DNA of 60,000 nt from Squalus acanthias (lineage: Eukaryota), in the NCBI GenBank assembly GCA_030390025.1, contig CM059432.1:104782001-104842000 (forward strand), given 5' to 3'. Below the pieces are notes generated by a model. It worked only from the letters and a program-made list of their open reading frames with translations, was not told the DNA's origin and did not search any database. Shown piece by piece: positions 22,990 through 33,738 of this stretch; the stretch's first letter is position 1, and each line of letters begins with the position of its first letter. The translations under genes were made by a program, and so were the position numbers.

Positions 22990-23645
22990 TGTGCAGCTCC
23001 CAGATGTCTCAATGAGAAAGCCCAGCCAACTTTCCGACCTTCAATGACACCACCATTTTCAACCATCAAAATCTTGGGGTCAATATTGACCAGCAGCTTA
23101 ACTGGATCAGCAGACTGGGTACTTTTTGACAAGGGGTGCACCTCCTCGTCCCTGAAAGCCACCTACAAGGCTCAAGTCAGGAGTGTGATGGAATAGTTAC
23201 CACTCGTCTGGATGAGTGCAGCCGCAACAACACTCAAGAAGCTCGACACCAGCCAGGACAGAGACGTTCACTTATCAGCACCCCTGCCATCCAATCCAAA
23301 TCCACTCCCTCCACCACAGGTGCACTTTGCCTGCAGTATTACAGGATGCACTGCAGCACTTCTCTCCCCTGTGACTTTTACCACCAAGAAAGATGTACAC
23401 AGCAATGTCGTGGGAACATCATGACCTCCAAGTTCCACACCAATTTAACTTGAACATATATCGATTTTCTTTCATTGTCACTGAGTCAAAATCTTGGAAA
23501 TATCTACTTAATACCATCATGGTATTAAGCAACATCATTAGAATTGCGGCGGTTCAAGGAGAAAACCCACTATCACCTTCAGGACAGCTAGAGATGGGCA
23601 ATAAGTGCAGCCTTGCCAGCTTCACCCACATGCCGAGAACAAATA
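22990..23645 (+). mobile_element. Degenerate 3' fragment of LINE family B
   Basis: YKAQVRSVME, MSAAATTLKKLDT, tail GATGGGCAATAAGTG; matches 39900-40620. Confidence 0.75.
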
Positions 23646-23659
23646 TCCAAATAAAGTAT

Positions 23660-24000
23660 CTAAGCCATACAGACCAAGGTTCCTGGTTCAATTGCTAGTA
23701 TATGCTGAATTAAATTACCTTAGTTAGCACAGTAACAGGGATTTACAATTGGTGTCAGCCTCCCTGGGTTAAGGAGCAGAACAATCAGGCAGATTCCAAA
23801 TCCAAAACCTTATTCAATGATCTCTATTGGATGTGCAAGTGTGTAGATGTTCAGCTGCAATGGCCTCCCTCTCAGTAAAATAGCTTGCTCACGTGAATAA
23901 TGGCCACTTGGGAGAGGTACAGAATAGCGACTGACAATTGTGGAATTAACAGGTGTTAACATCTTCAGGAAAAGAGTCAAAGGGAAAAAATTGGTAGGGG
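23660..24000 (+). mobile_element. Ancient SINE-like repeat (unnamed family, copy 2)
   Basis: CCATACAGACCAAGGTTCCTGGTTCAATT (B-box-like)…TACAATTGG…AATGGCCACTTGGGAGAGGTAC…CTTCAGGA. Confidence 0.55.
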
Positions 24001-24562
24001 AAAAATAGTAGTGTTACACAGTTTCTTGTATGCATCAGTAAAGCATTTGGTAAGTGATTCAAGACCACAAGTTTTTTTATACTTTGTAAATGCTCGTTAG
24101 CCTATGGGAGTTTTCCATCTCCCCTTGTTCAACAGATGGTGAAAAGTATAATGCAATTAGAGAGGAACATTGTCCTTGAAGGATCACATCACAACAGTAA
24201 AATATTAGAAAAAATAGAATTTATTTTTAAATACATAAATGTTGGCACACGACAGCATATCTTGAGAAACAAGGTCCACTGGGGATAATGGGATTTGCTG
24301 AAAGAGAAACATCCGAAATGGAAGGCCTACAAAGCATAGCAATTACCAGAATACAATGCACTAATTCTGCCTCATGTTCATTATAGTGAGGCAGTTTGGA
24401 GACTCTTCAAATTGTCAGCTGCTGCTAAAATTACAACTCTCACAAAATAAAACAAGGACTATATTAAATTGCATTCTCAGTGTCTCAAAGGAGATAACCA
24501 TTGCCAACCCATGGCTTCCACTGTTCACGAGAAAAAAATAAGCATATTGACCCCCTTTACCA

Positions 24563-25733
24563 GTCTCGTGGTTCCGGGAGGGAGGGGCAGGGGTGAGGGC
24601 AGAAGGGCGGGAGATAGAACGGACACGGTCGAGCACCGTGTCAACCACAGTAGAGGGGAATCCTCGGTTGAGAAAAAAGGAAGACATGTCGGAAACACTG
24701 GTATGGAAGGTGGCATCGTCAGAGCAGATGCGGAACCACGATAGAGTTCCCCTTGTCCTCACCTTTCACCCCACCAGCCTCCACATTCAACGGATCATCC
24801 TCCGCCATTTCCGCCACCTCCAGCGTGATCCCACCACCAAACGCATCTTCCCCTCACCTCCCCTTTCAGCATTCCGTGGGGACCGCTCCCTCCGCGACAC
24901 CCCAGTCCACTCCTCTACCACCCCCAGCACCCCTTCCCTTTCCCCTTCGCCCGGCACCTTCCCGTGCAAGCGCAGGAGATGCTACACATGCCCTTATACC
25001 TTCCCACTGTCCAGGGCCCCAAACACCCCTTCCAGGTGAAACAGCGATTTACGTGTACTTCCTGCAATTTAGTATACTGTATTCGCTGCTCACGATGTGG
25101 TCTCCTCTACATTGGGGAGACCAAAGGCAGATTGGGTAACCGCTTTGCGGAACACCTCTGTTCAGTCCGTAAGGGGGACCCCGAGCTCCCGGTGGCCTGT
25201 CACTTTAATTCTCTGCTCCACTCCCACTCAGACCTCACTGTCCTCGGCCTCTTGCATTGTTCCACGGAAGCTCAGCGCAAGCTCGAGGAACAGCACCTCA
25301 TCTTTCGTTTAGGCACCCTACAGCCCTCTGGACTCAACATAGAGTTCAACAATTTCAGATCATAACCACGGCCCCTGTCACATATATATATATATATATT
25401 TTATTTTTTCCTCCACCCTTTTATTTGGCCCCCCTTTTTTTCTTCCCTCCCTGAAGCTGGCAGCTGTCCTTCATTCCGCCAGCGCAATCTCTCCTGCCTT
25501 CTATACTACCACTGACCTTCCCCTTTGTTCTTTCATCCCCTCCTCCCCCCCTTTTCCCAGCATTATACTTCCTTAAATCTATTTCATTTCCTGCTTTTTT
25601 CCAGTTCTGACGAAGGGTCTTCGACCTGAAACGTTAACCTGTTTCTCTCTCTACAGATGCTGCCTGACCTGCTGAGTTTTTCCAGCGTTTTCTGTTGTTA
25701 TTTCGGATTTCCAGCATCCGCAGTATTTTGCTA
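24563..25733 (+). mobile_element. Penelope-like element fragment with 5' inversion, GIY-YIG domain and pLTR
   Basis: ORF 24964-25365 contains LVYCIRCSRCGLLYIGETKGRLG…GTLQPSGLNIEF. Inverted segment 24563-~24735. The pLTR carries a hammerhead motif. Confidence 0.88.
25603..25638 (+). ncRNA. Minimal hammerhead ribozyme motif (intact core)
   Basis: AGTT-CTGACGA-AGGGTC(TTC)GACCT-GAAA-CGTT-AAC. Confidence 0.72.
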
Positions 25734-26073
25734 TCGTAATAGCAATATCAGGGCTCTGTTTTCTTACCATGGCAACCCAAATGGACATTGGCATATTTGG
25801 CAAATCCTTCTGTTAGCAATTCAATGGAATTTTTTTCCCCTCCAGTGAGCATGAATTCCCCTGCCTTTCACCAGTTTGGATAATTTCTTCTTGTCATTTT
25901 GTGCAACAATATTGTAAACAAATGCTGGAAGATGAGTTAGAAATCCAGAGCTGGGAACATTTTCCCACATTTGTTTATAATATCATTACTCATAGGGGCC
26001 AGAGGAAATTATGTTTATTGGTTGCTTAAATTTAATTGTAGTAAAAGCAGTGTCATGGGACCTTGTCAATGGT

Positions 26074-26849
26074 CAGGGGTGGGCAATTATTTGGGTTGGA
26101 GGGCCATTTAACAAGTTTTGTTGAGCTGTTGAGGGCCACACACCAATGTAGCCCCCTAAGGTGTGTAGTCATACGGTCGCGCACCAATTGCGAGGTCCCG
26201 CTCAGGCTGCTCACCAGCTCCTGCCGCTGGAAGAGACACCACGCAGCAAATTTAAAGGGACAGCGCACGTTGGTGAGAGCAAAGTGTTAAATGGGTAAAT
26301 TGGAAACAGGCCAACTCCGTGTTGATCATCACTTACACTTCTAACCTCCCAATAATTTATAAACATAAATTCAGATAGTAACTTAAATACACAAAGTGTA
26401 GTGTAAAATAGTAAAACCTCCATTACTAAATGAATGAAATGATTGTTCGATGGATTAGATGTTGTACTGAAAGTCTACGTGGCTGTTTGGCAGAGCAGCT
26501 CGAGTCTGCGGGGCCTCCAATGCGAGAGGTTTTCTCTTTAGTGTGCCGAGTACGGGAGCCCGAGGCTTCGCAAGACCTGAACTACAATTGCCTGGAGTCC
26601 TTGTGCTCCGGGATCCACTTCCGTGTCTAAGACGGCGCTGAGAACCCCCCTGCCATCGTACTCTGGGTACGGGGAGAGGAAAGACGCAGCGCCGGTCTCT
26701 TTCTTCGGTAAAAGAGTCATCGAGATGAGCAGCCACGACTCGACTCAAACTAATGTGCAGCTTGAGCTCCTGCTCGCGTTGTATTTCTGTCCCGTCCAGC
26801 GAGCCGGAGAGAATGAACTGGCCCGTGGGCCGTATTTTGCCCATCACTG
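26074..26849. mobile_element. Non-autonomous hAT (Charlie-like) element
   Basis: TIRs CAGGGGTGGGCAA and (reverse complement) CAGTGATGGGCAA. Subterminal GGCCCGTGGGCCGTATTTTGCCC. The right flank GGCTAGAA resembles the Charlie NTCTAGAN target. Confidence 0.7.
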
Positions 26850-27449
26850 GGCTAGAAGCTCCCCCGCTCTTCACTGAGGAAACTCCCAGAAACGGCAGAG
26901 ACCCGACCTAACTGGGTCTGCGCCAGAGTTACGCCGGGAGACTGGCGGCACCCCGTGGAATTCAACACCTTTCACCCAATTACACCAATAAACAAAAACA
27001 GCATTTTATAACTCACTGGAATGAAATCAAGTCCACGACTAATTTTGATTTAGTCGCTAAAATTCCTTCAGAGACGAGTTGAGACTAAAAACTCACTGCA
27101 AGTTTTTTAAAACGTTCTAAGTAAACAATTTGCCAGTCGATTCGATTGTGTCAATTCCGAGTCCTGCTGCCAATGGCATTATTTTATATATTTAAAGTAT
27201 TTATGTTATCGTGCATTTATCTGGAAAGTTTGCAGATTTATGGAAACTGAATCCACAAACCGTAACTCACTTTTCACGTTGCAGTGATGGAGCAGAAACT
27301 GAGGTTACGGGTGTGATAATGACACATTGATACAGTGAACGGGGGATTCGATTTGCCCGCCTGTTTTTGGTTATGACTCCCCTGCTGCCTCGGAGACAAT
27401 GACCCGCCTCCTGACGTTACGTAGGGCAGGGTCAGACTATGGGTCAGGT

Positions 27450-27665
27450 GCGAGTGGTTAGGATTTGGATTGCACTGCCCGATAGGGTGGTGGAAACAGA
27501 TTCAATAGCAGCTTTCAAAAGGAAATTGGACAAATACTTGAAGGAGAAAAAACTGCAGGGATATGGGGAAAGAGCAGGGAGTGGGACTGACTGAATTGCT
27601 CCTCGAAAGAGCCGACGCAGAATCGACAGGCTGAATAGCCCCCTTCTGTGCTGTACTATTCTATT
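27450..27665 (+). mobile_element. CR1 3' end fragment
   Basis: ALPDRVVETDSIAAFKRKLDKYLKEKKLQGYGERAGEWD*, then a CR1 tail. Confidence 0.8.
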
Positions 27666-27952
27666 TTAACAGATTAGCTATTTACCTTCCACATAATCTA
27701 CCTCACAGGCTGTAATAAATTTATTAGAATGCCCGACAAACAGCCAAAAAAGTGTCATGTCTTTAGGGATATAGAAGGAGGTATGGTATTAACAACCTTA
27801 AAAGGGCAGCACATTTAACATTTTCCACAAGATACTGAGGGGGAAGAAAAGTCAGAGCATGGCACTATCACATCAGAAAAGAGGTTGCCAGTCATTTCTG
27901 CAATCTGAGGAGACGACAAAATAAACAAACCATTTAACTGGCCTTCCCAGAT

Positions 27953-28552
27953 CCTAAGAAATAGGAGCAGGAGTAGGCCATTTGGCCTGTCGAGCCTGCT
28001 CCGCCATTCAATGAGATCATGGCTGATCTTCTGCCTCAACTCCATTCACCGGCCCTATCGCCATATCCCTTAATGCCCTTACTAGTCAGAAATCTATCGA
28101 CTTCGGTTTTGAATATACCCAATGACTGAGCCTCCACAGCCCTCTGGGGTAGAGAATTCCAAAGATTCACCACCCTCTGTGTGAAGAAATGTCTTCTCAT
28201 CTCAGTCCTGAATGGCCTACCCTTTATCCTGAGGCTGTGGCCCCTGGTTCTAGACTCCCCAGCCAAGGGAAACATTCTCCAAGCCCTGTAATAATTTTGT
28301 ATGCTTCAATGAGATCCCCTCTCAATCTTCTGAATTCAAGAGAATACAGGCCTAGTTTACTCAATCTCTTCTCATACGACAGTCCTGCCATCCCAGGAAT
28401 CAATCTCGTGAACCTTCGTTGCACTCCCTCTATGGCAAGTATATCCTTCCTTAGGTAAGGAGACCAAAATTGTACACAGTACTCCAGGTGTGGTCTCACC
28501 AAGACCCTATATAATTGGAGTAAGACTTCTTTACTCCTGTACTCAAATCCAC
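27953..28552 (-). mobile_element. CR1 3' fragment
   Basis: FEYRSKEVLLQLYRVLVRPHLEYC…GIKGYGDRAGEWS. Nearly identical to 46650-47260 apart from a short deletion. Confidence 0.9.
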
Positions 28553-28712
28553 CTATAAAACACAATATCTAAAGAGCAAAGTGCACAAGAGGAAGAAGCA
28601 TATCAGTCGCAGTACACAGATTTGGCTACAGTAATAGTAAATAGTAACCCATCAATAGTGACTAAATAAGAAAATTAAAATGTCACGAATCACAGAGTAT
28701 TATCAAATATCA

Positions 28713-28756
28713 TTTATTTTTAACAAAAAACAAATCTTACAAAATTTCCATTTATT
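28713..28756 (-). terminator. Candidate distal polyadenylation signals of EXT1
   Basis: Two AATAAA on the minus strand, followed by U/GU-rich sequence, at the edge of the TE-free zone. Confidence 0.45.
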
Positions 28757-31052
28757 TTCTAGTTTTTTTTAATCATTTATATCTATAAAGTGAACCAACG
28801 TAATTCTAATTAGAGGCAGAAACTTGGGGGATGGTGGGGTACAAGGGATAATGGAATACTTTGTGTGTGGTACAAACTCATTATAAATAGGCAAAATTAA
28901 TAACCATAAAGAAACATGCAGCACTAGAATCTGTACTCTCGGGACTGAAAAGAAAAACTCCCCAGGAATGTCAGTAATCATCTAATAATTATTCCAGTAC
29001 TCCTGAAGCAAACGGGCCATCTTAGGGAAGAGGAACTAAATACACAACATTCTGAATCTCCCTAATACAGCCATTTCTGCCTCCGGGTAAGACTTGAAAA
29101 CATGGCGGACTGGACTGAAGGTTTACATGTAAAGTTTTTTCTGCACGTGCTATGGAAGTCTTTAAAGAGCTTTCGTGTAACTGGAGTGGTTCCAGAGAGA
29201 TACAGTTCCAGTTTTCTGTACACATTCAAACCCAAATCTTAGATGGCAATTCACTGAGCAAAATGACTCAAATACGATCTTTTATGTTAAAAACAAATTA
29301 ATCTTACCTACGCCGCCCCCCGTGAACTTAAAAAAAAATCAGCGTTTACTCTACAACGACTGTAGTAAGCCATTTTCCTGGTTATATTTTAATAGGACCC
29401 TTGGATTTAAATGTATCTCAACGAATATTTTTCCCATAACATAATTTATTCCAAACTTGGTAATAGTAACCTCAACCCACTTTAGCAGGTAATACATTTA
29501 GCAGATGAATGTTCACTCCTTAAACCTAAAAATTTAAAATTCTAAAAGTTGGTTTAAAGTTCAAACAATTTAGTCTACAACTTCCAAATATAAATTAGCT
29601 TTCAGCACTAATTTTTAAAATGATCATGTTTACTTGCCAGAATTTCTTCAATTGCACTGATTATTTAATTGAAGATTAATAATATTTTTATACCGCAGAT
29701 AACCACCATCTGTCCCTCATGCAACTGAATTTGCAGAAAATGTAAAAGTAAGAATTAAAAAAGCTTTGAGAAGTAGTTAAAAGGTAATGAAACAATCTTG
29801 GGACTTAACATTTAAAGCTGTTCTCCTTTTCCTTAATTCATAACAATCGGACTTCAATTGTCTTTCTTGCAACTCTACTTTACCCTCTGCTCTGAATGTA
29901 AATTTTATTGCAGTAATCCCTTTAGATAGCACCTCACTTCTAAATTAGTCCCAAGCACAAAATAAAATGGACATTTAAGTTCATTCCAAATCTATGAAAT
30001 GGATCAACAAATGGTGAAGAGACTGTGCGTGGAAAGGAAAACTGCAACTGTAATGCCTCTGGAGTGACAGCAGTCCAGCATGTAAACTCTCCTTTACCAG
30101 AACCAGCGATAATTGTGACATACAATTACATCAGTATACATTTGTAAATGTACACAAAGAATGGCAGCCAGTAGGAAGTGTGCAAATGCTCCCAAGGTAC
30201 AAAAAAACCAGAAAAAGCAGCAGAAAATGTAGTGAAAAAACAAAAAATCCATTCTACAATATTTATGTTCAATAGCACAGACGTACTTAACTTGAAAATG
30301 GCTCTAAGAATACAATTAAATTAATGAAAGCATCTGGGTATCAGATGGAAGAGTCTTTGGTGATACTATCTATACAAAGGCTACCTTTGATGGAACTACA
30401 ATGTTATGCAAGCTAATGCAGTAAATCACAATATATGGCTTTGTATTCTCTCCACTCCTCTGTAGGTTTAATCCCACTAACTGTGTGTAGTCATGTCATT
30501 CCAACCAGTTGGGAATTCTTTTATATAAAGCAATGATACACTATGAAAAACATTGGAAATATGTTAGAAAACCTCAGAAATGTACATCTTATACAAAATA
30601 ATTTTTTTTTGTTTTGCTTTACAGTTAACCATCTAATTATTCCCACATTGCTTTGTCAATCAGTTTGTAACCTTACACTATACACAATTCTGTCAAAATA
30701 ATAAATATACAAGATTATGTACATTATAACAAGGCCCATTTTTCACATCCTTAAAATTATGAAATGACTAAACGTTGATTGGAGATTCAGCACGCGAGAT
30801 GAACTGGGATTTCTATTTAAAATAAATGAAATACAGATATAAAAACTAGGCTGAACCATTATTAACCAAAGTAAAGTGATTAAAAGGCCACACGCTCAGC
30901 ACTCCTTCAAGTCTTCAGACATTCAAGTACCTGTGAGCAAAGGCTAACATAGCCTTGCTATTTAAAAAATAGAACTTTATATAGAAACAAGGAGCTACCC
31001 CTTGTCTGAGCACCATATGTGCCATTCACTTTAAAATACACACAGCCAATGT

Positions 31053-31058
31053 TTTATT
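31053..31058 (-). terminator. Candidate proximal polyadenylation signal of EXT1
   Basis: AATAAA on the minus strand followed by GU-rich TGGCTGTGTGTATTTT. Confidence 0.4.
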
Positions 31059-31842
31059 TCCAAAGGTCAGCCCAGTGACCCTGTAAAAGCCATACAGCAA
31101 GTCATCTGTAAGGCATATTAAAACATGCAGGTATGTGTACACATTTCAACTAGCAATTTGTATTTGTGTGGCAGCATCAGACCCCACCATAGCTGCTGAT
31201 GAGGATGGAGTTCCTACATACATAGTAAAGGGTTATCCTGTAGTGGGTACGGTTGTGTGTGTGTTTTAAAAAAAAATTATTTTGCATGCTAATAGTAAAC
31301 ATGGCAGACGTTATTGGTGAAACCCAACCACACGCTCATCAGTCATGACAGCCCGTTCCTATACAAGCCTGATGGCTACCCACTTCAAACATCGTTCGCT
31401 TTTCCTAATGCAAACTCAGATTAAGTGGTACAAGTTGGCCTTAAATTATGTTCAGGCCAAAATTTAAGACACTCGATTCTGATCAACTGAATAGTGTTTC
31501 ACTTTGTTCTTCACAGTGCTGATGAAAAAATAATTCATTGATCTTCACACTTTAAATTCATGGACTTTTGATTTATATTCCTCCCGACAGGATATCAGTC
31601 CTGTCACTCAGGATTGATAAAATTATAAAAAAAATTAAATCTCAATAGTCATATAGATCAATCAGTCAATAAGCCGATAGCAGTCATTCTCTTGAGTCTG
31701 GAGAGTCTGTCGGATGCACCAAAGGGTAACAGCCAAGAGTCACCTTGTGTAGAGTGTTATTTGCTCAGCTCAGGATGGACGAACATGCTATAGACTGGCT
31801 TTAATCCGAATACTGTCCCAACAATCAATGGGTTTGTGCTCG

Positions 31843-32112
<270 letters not shown>

Positions 32113-32149
32113 TTACAATAAAACACAATATGTATTAAGTTTGATAAAA

Positions 32150-32252
32150 CAAGTAAAAAAAAACCCAGCAAATTTTGGGAAAAATAGTAAGCCCATCAAC
32201 ATCTGAAGAGAGAAAAAACAGGTTAATGTTTCAGGCATAGACCCTTCGTCAG
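32150..32252 (-). mobile_element. Penelope pLTR remnant with hammerhead-like core
   Basis: Minus strand reads CTGACGAAGGGTCTATGCCTGAAACATTAACCTG. Confidence 0.55.
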
Positions 32253-32275
32253 TGCATTCTTTTTATCTTTACTGC

Positions 32276-32422
32276 GAGCGGCGGCGGACCTGCGGGGAAC
32301 CAGGTGGCGGCGGCGAGGTTTAAGAGGCGTCAGAGACCAGGTAGGCCTCAGAGCGGCGGCGGACCTGCGGGGAACCAGGCGGCGGCGGCGAGGTTTAAGA
32401 GGCGGCAGAGACCAGGTAGGCC
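32276..32422 (+). repeat. Two copies of a 75-bp GC-rich unit in the CR1 5' UTR
   Basis: GAGCGGCGGCGGACCTGCGGGGAACCAGG…GAGACCAGGTAGGCC starts at 32276 and again at 32351. Confidence 0.9.
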
Positions 32423-32677
32423 CACCAATCTCCGAGCTCGGAGGGAGAGAAGTAAAAAGTAATCGAAGTGTGACGTCACCAGAAAGCAGGTAAGTGATTG
32501 GTTGGTGAGTATTTCTCTCTTTTTAAACTTAAACTCTGTGGTTTATAGTTTCTAAGCTCTCTGTGGTGTAGCGGGGACTGTTGGTAAACCAGGGCCCTTA
32601 AGTATATCATTTAACTGTAGTGCAATTGGTGGGATTGATTTGTTTTAATTTAATTTGAATTAATTAAAGGGTAAGTC

Positions 32678-33627
32678 ATGGCAGGAGAGCTCGGCCCCGT
32701 GGTATGCTCCTCCTGTGCTATGTGGGAAATCAGGGACCCTTCCGGTGTCCTTGACAACCATGTGTGCGGGAAGTGTATCCAGCTACAGCTACTGGCAGAC
32801 CGCATTACGGCGCTGGAGCTGCGAGTGGATGCGTATTGGAGCATTCGCGATGCTGAGAACCTCGTGGATAGCACGTTTAGCGAGTTGGTCACACCACAGG
32901 CAAAGGGTGTACAGGCAGGAAGTAAATGGGTGACCACCAGGCAGAGTAAGAGGTGCAGGCAGGTAGTGCAGGGGTCCCCTGTGGACATCCCCCTCTCAAA
33001 CAGATATACCACTTTGGATACTGTTGGGGGGATGACTTATCAGGGGAAGGCAGCAGCAGCCAACTTCCTGGCACCATGGGTGGCTCTGCTGCACAGGCTG
33101 GGAGGAAAAAGAGTGGAAGAGCTATAGTGATAGGGGACTCAATTGTAAGGGGAATAGATAGGCGTTTCTGCGGCCGCAACCGAGACTCCAGGATGGTGTG
33201 TTGCCTCCCTGGTGCAAGGGTCAAGGACGTCTCGGAGCGGCTACAGAACATTTTGGAGGGGGAGGGCGAACAGCCAGCTGTCGTGGTGCACATAGGCACC
33301 AACGATACAGGTAAAAAAGGGGATGAGGTCCTAAAAGCAGAATATAGGGAGTTAGGAGGTAAATTAAAAAATAGGACCTCAAAGGTAGTAATCTCAGGAT
33401 TGCTACCAGTGCCACGTGCTAGTCAGAGTAGAAATAGGAGGATATTTCAAATGAATACGTGGCTAGAGGAATGGTGCAAGGGGGAGGGATTCAAATTCCT
33501 GGGACATTGGAACCGGTTCTGGGGGAGGTGGGACCAGTACAAACCAGACGGTCTGCACCTGGGCAGGGCCGGGACCGCTGTCCTAGGGGGAGTGTTTGCT
33601 AGTGCTGTTGGGGAGGATTTAAACTAA
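32678..33627 (+). pseudogene. CR1 ORF1 (Cys motif/leucine zipper + SGNH esterase), one frameshift near 33030
   Basis: MAGELGPVVCSSCAMW…CGKCIQLQLL…LELRV, then IVIGDSIVR, HIGTND, DGLHL in the next frame. The shift lies at a G run. Confidence 0.88.
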
Positions 33628-33738
33628 AGTGGCAGGGGGTTGGGCACCTGAGCAGGGAGACAGAGGAAAGCGTGTCAGGAAGGGACAGACGGTATGGAGT
33701 AAAAGGAAAAAGCAGGAACTAAGTGTCACAAAACATAT

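Larger units (their letters stand above)
28690..31842 (-). other. EXT1: Putative long EXT1 3' UTR
   Basis: AT-rich, repeat-free stretch directly after the stop codon, with AATAAA on the minus strand at 31053-31058, 29904-29909, 29445-29450, 28751-28756 and 28713-28718. The end point is inferred. Confidence 0.55.

Noticed and set aside
23665..23700. tRNA gene
   Set aside because: Only a degenerate B-box-like motif within a SINE-like repeat; no cloverleaf.
27000..27440. Promoter (CpGs, TGACGT motif)
   Set aside because: No associated exon or ORF and the motifs are too short to support a call; it may be transposon-derived.
32276..32422. CRISPR-like or satellite array
   Set aside because: Only two adjacent units with no unique spacers, part of a CR1 5' UTR in eukaryotic DNA.
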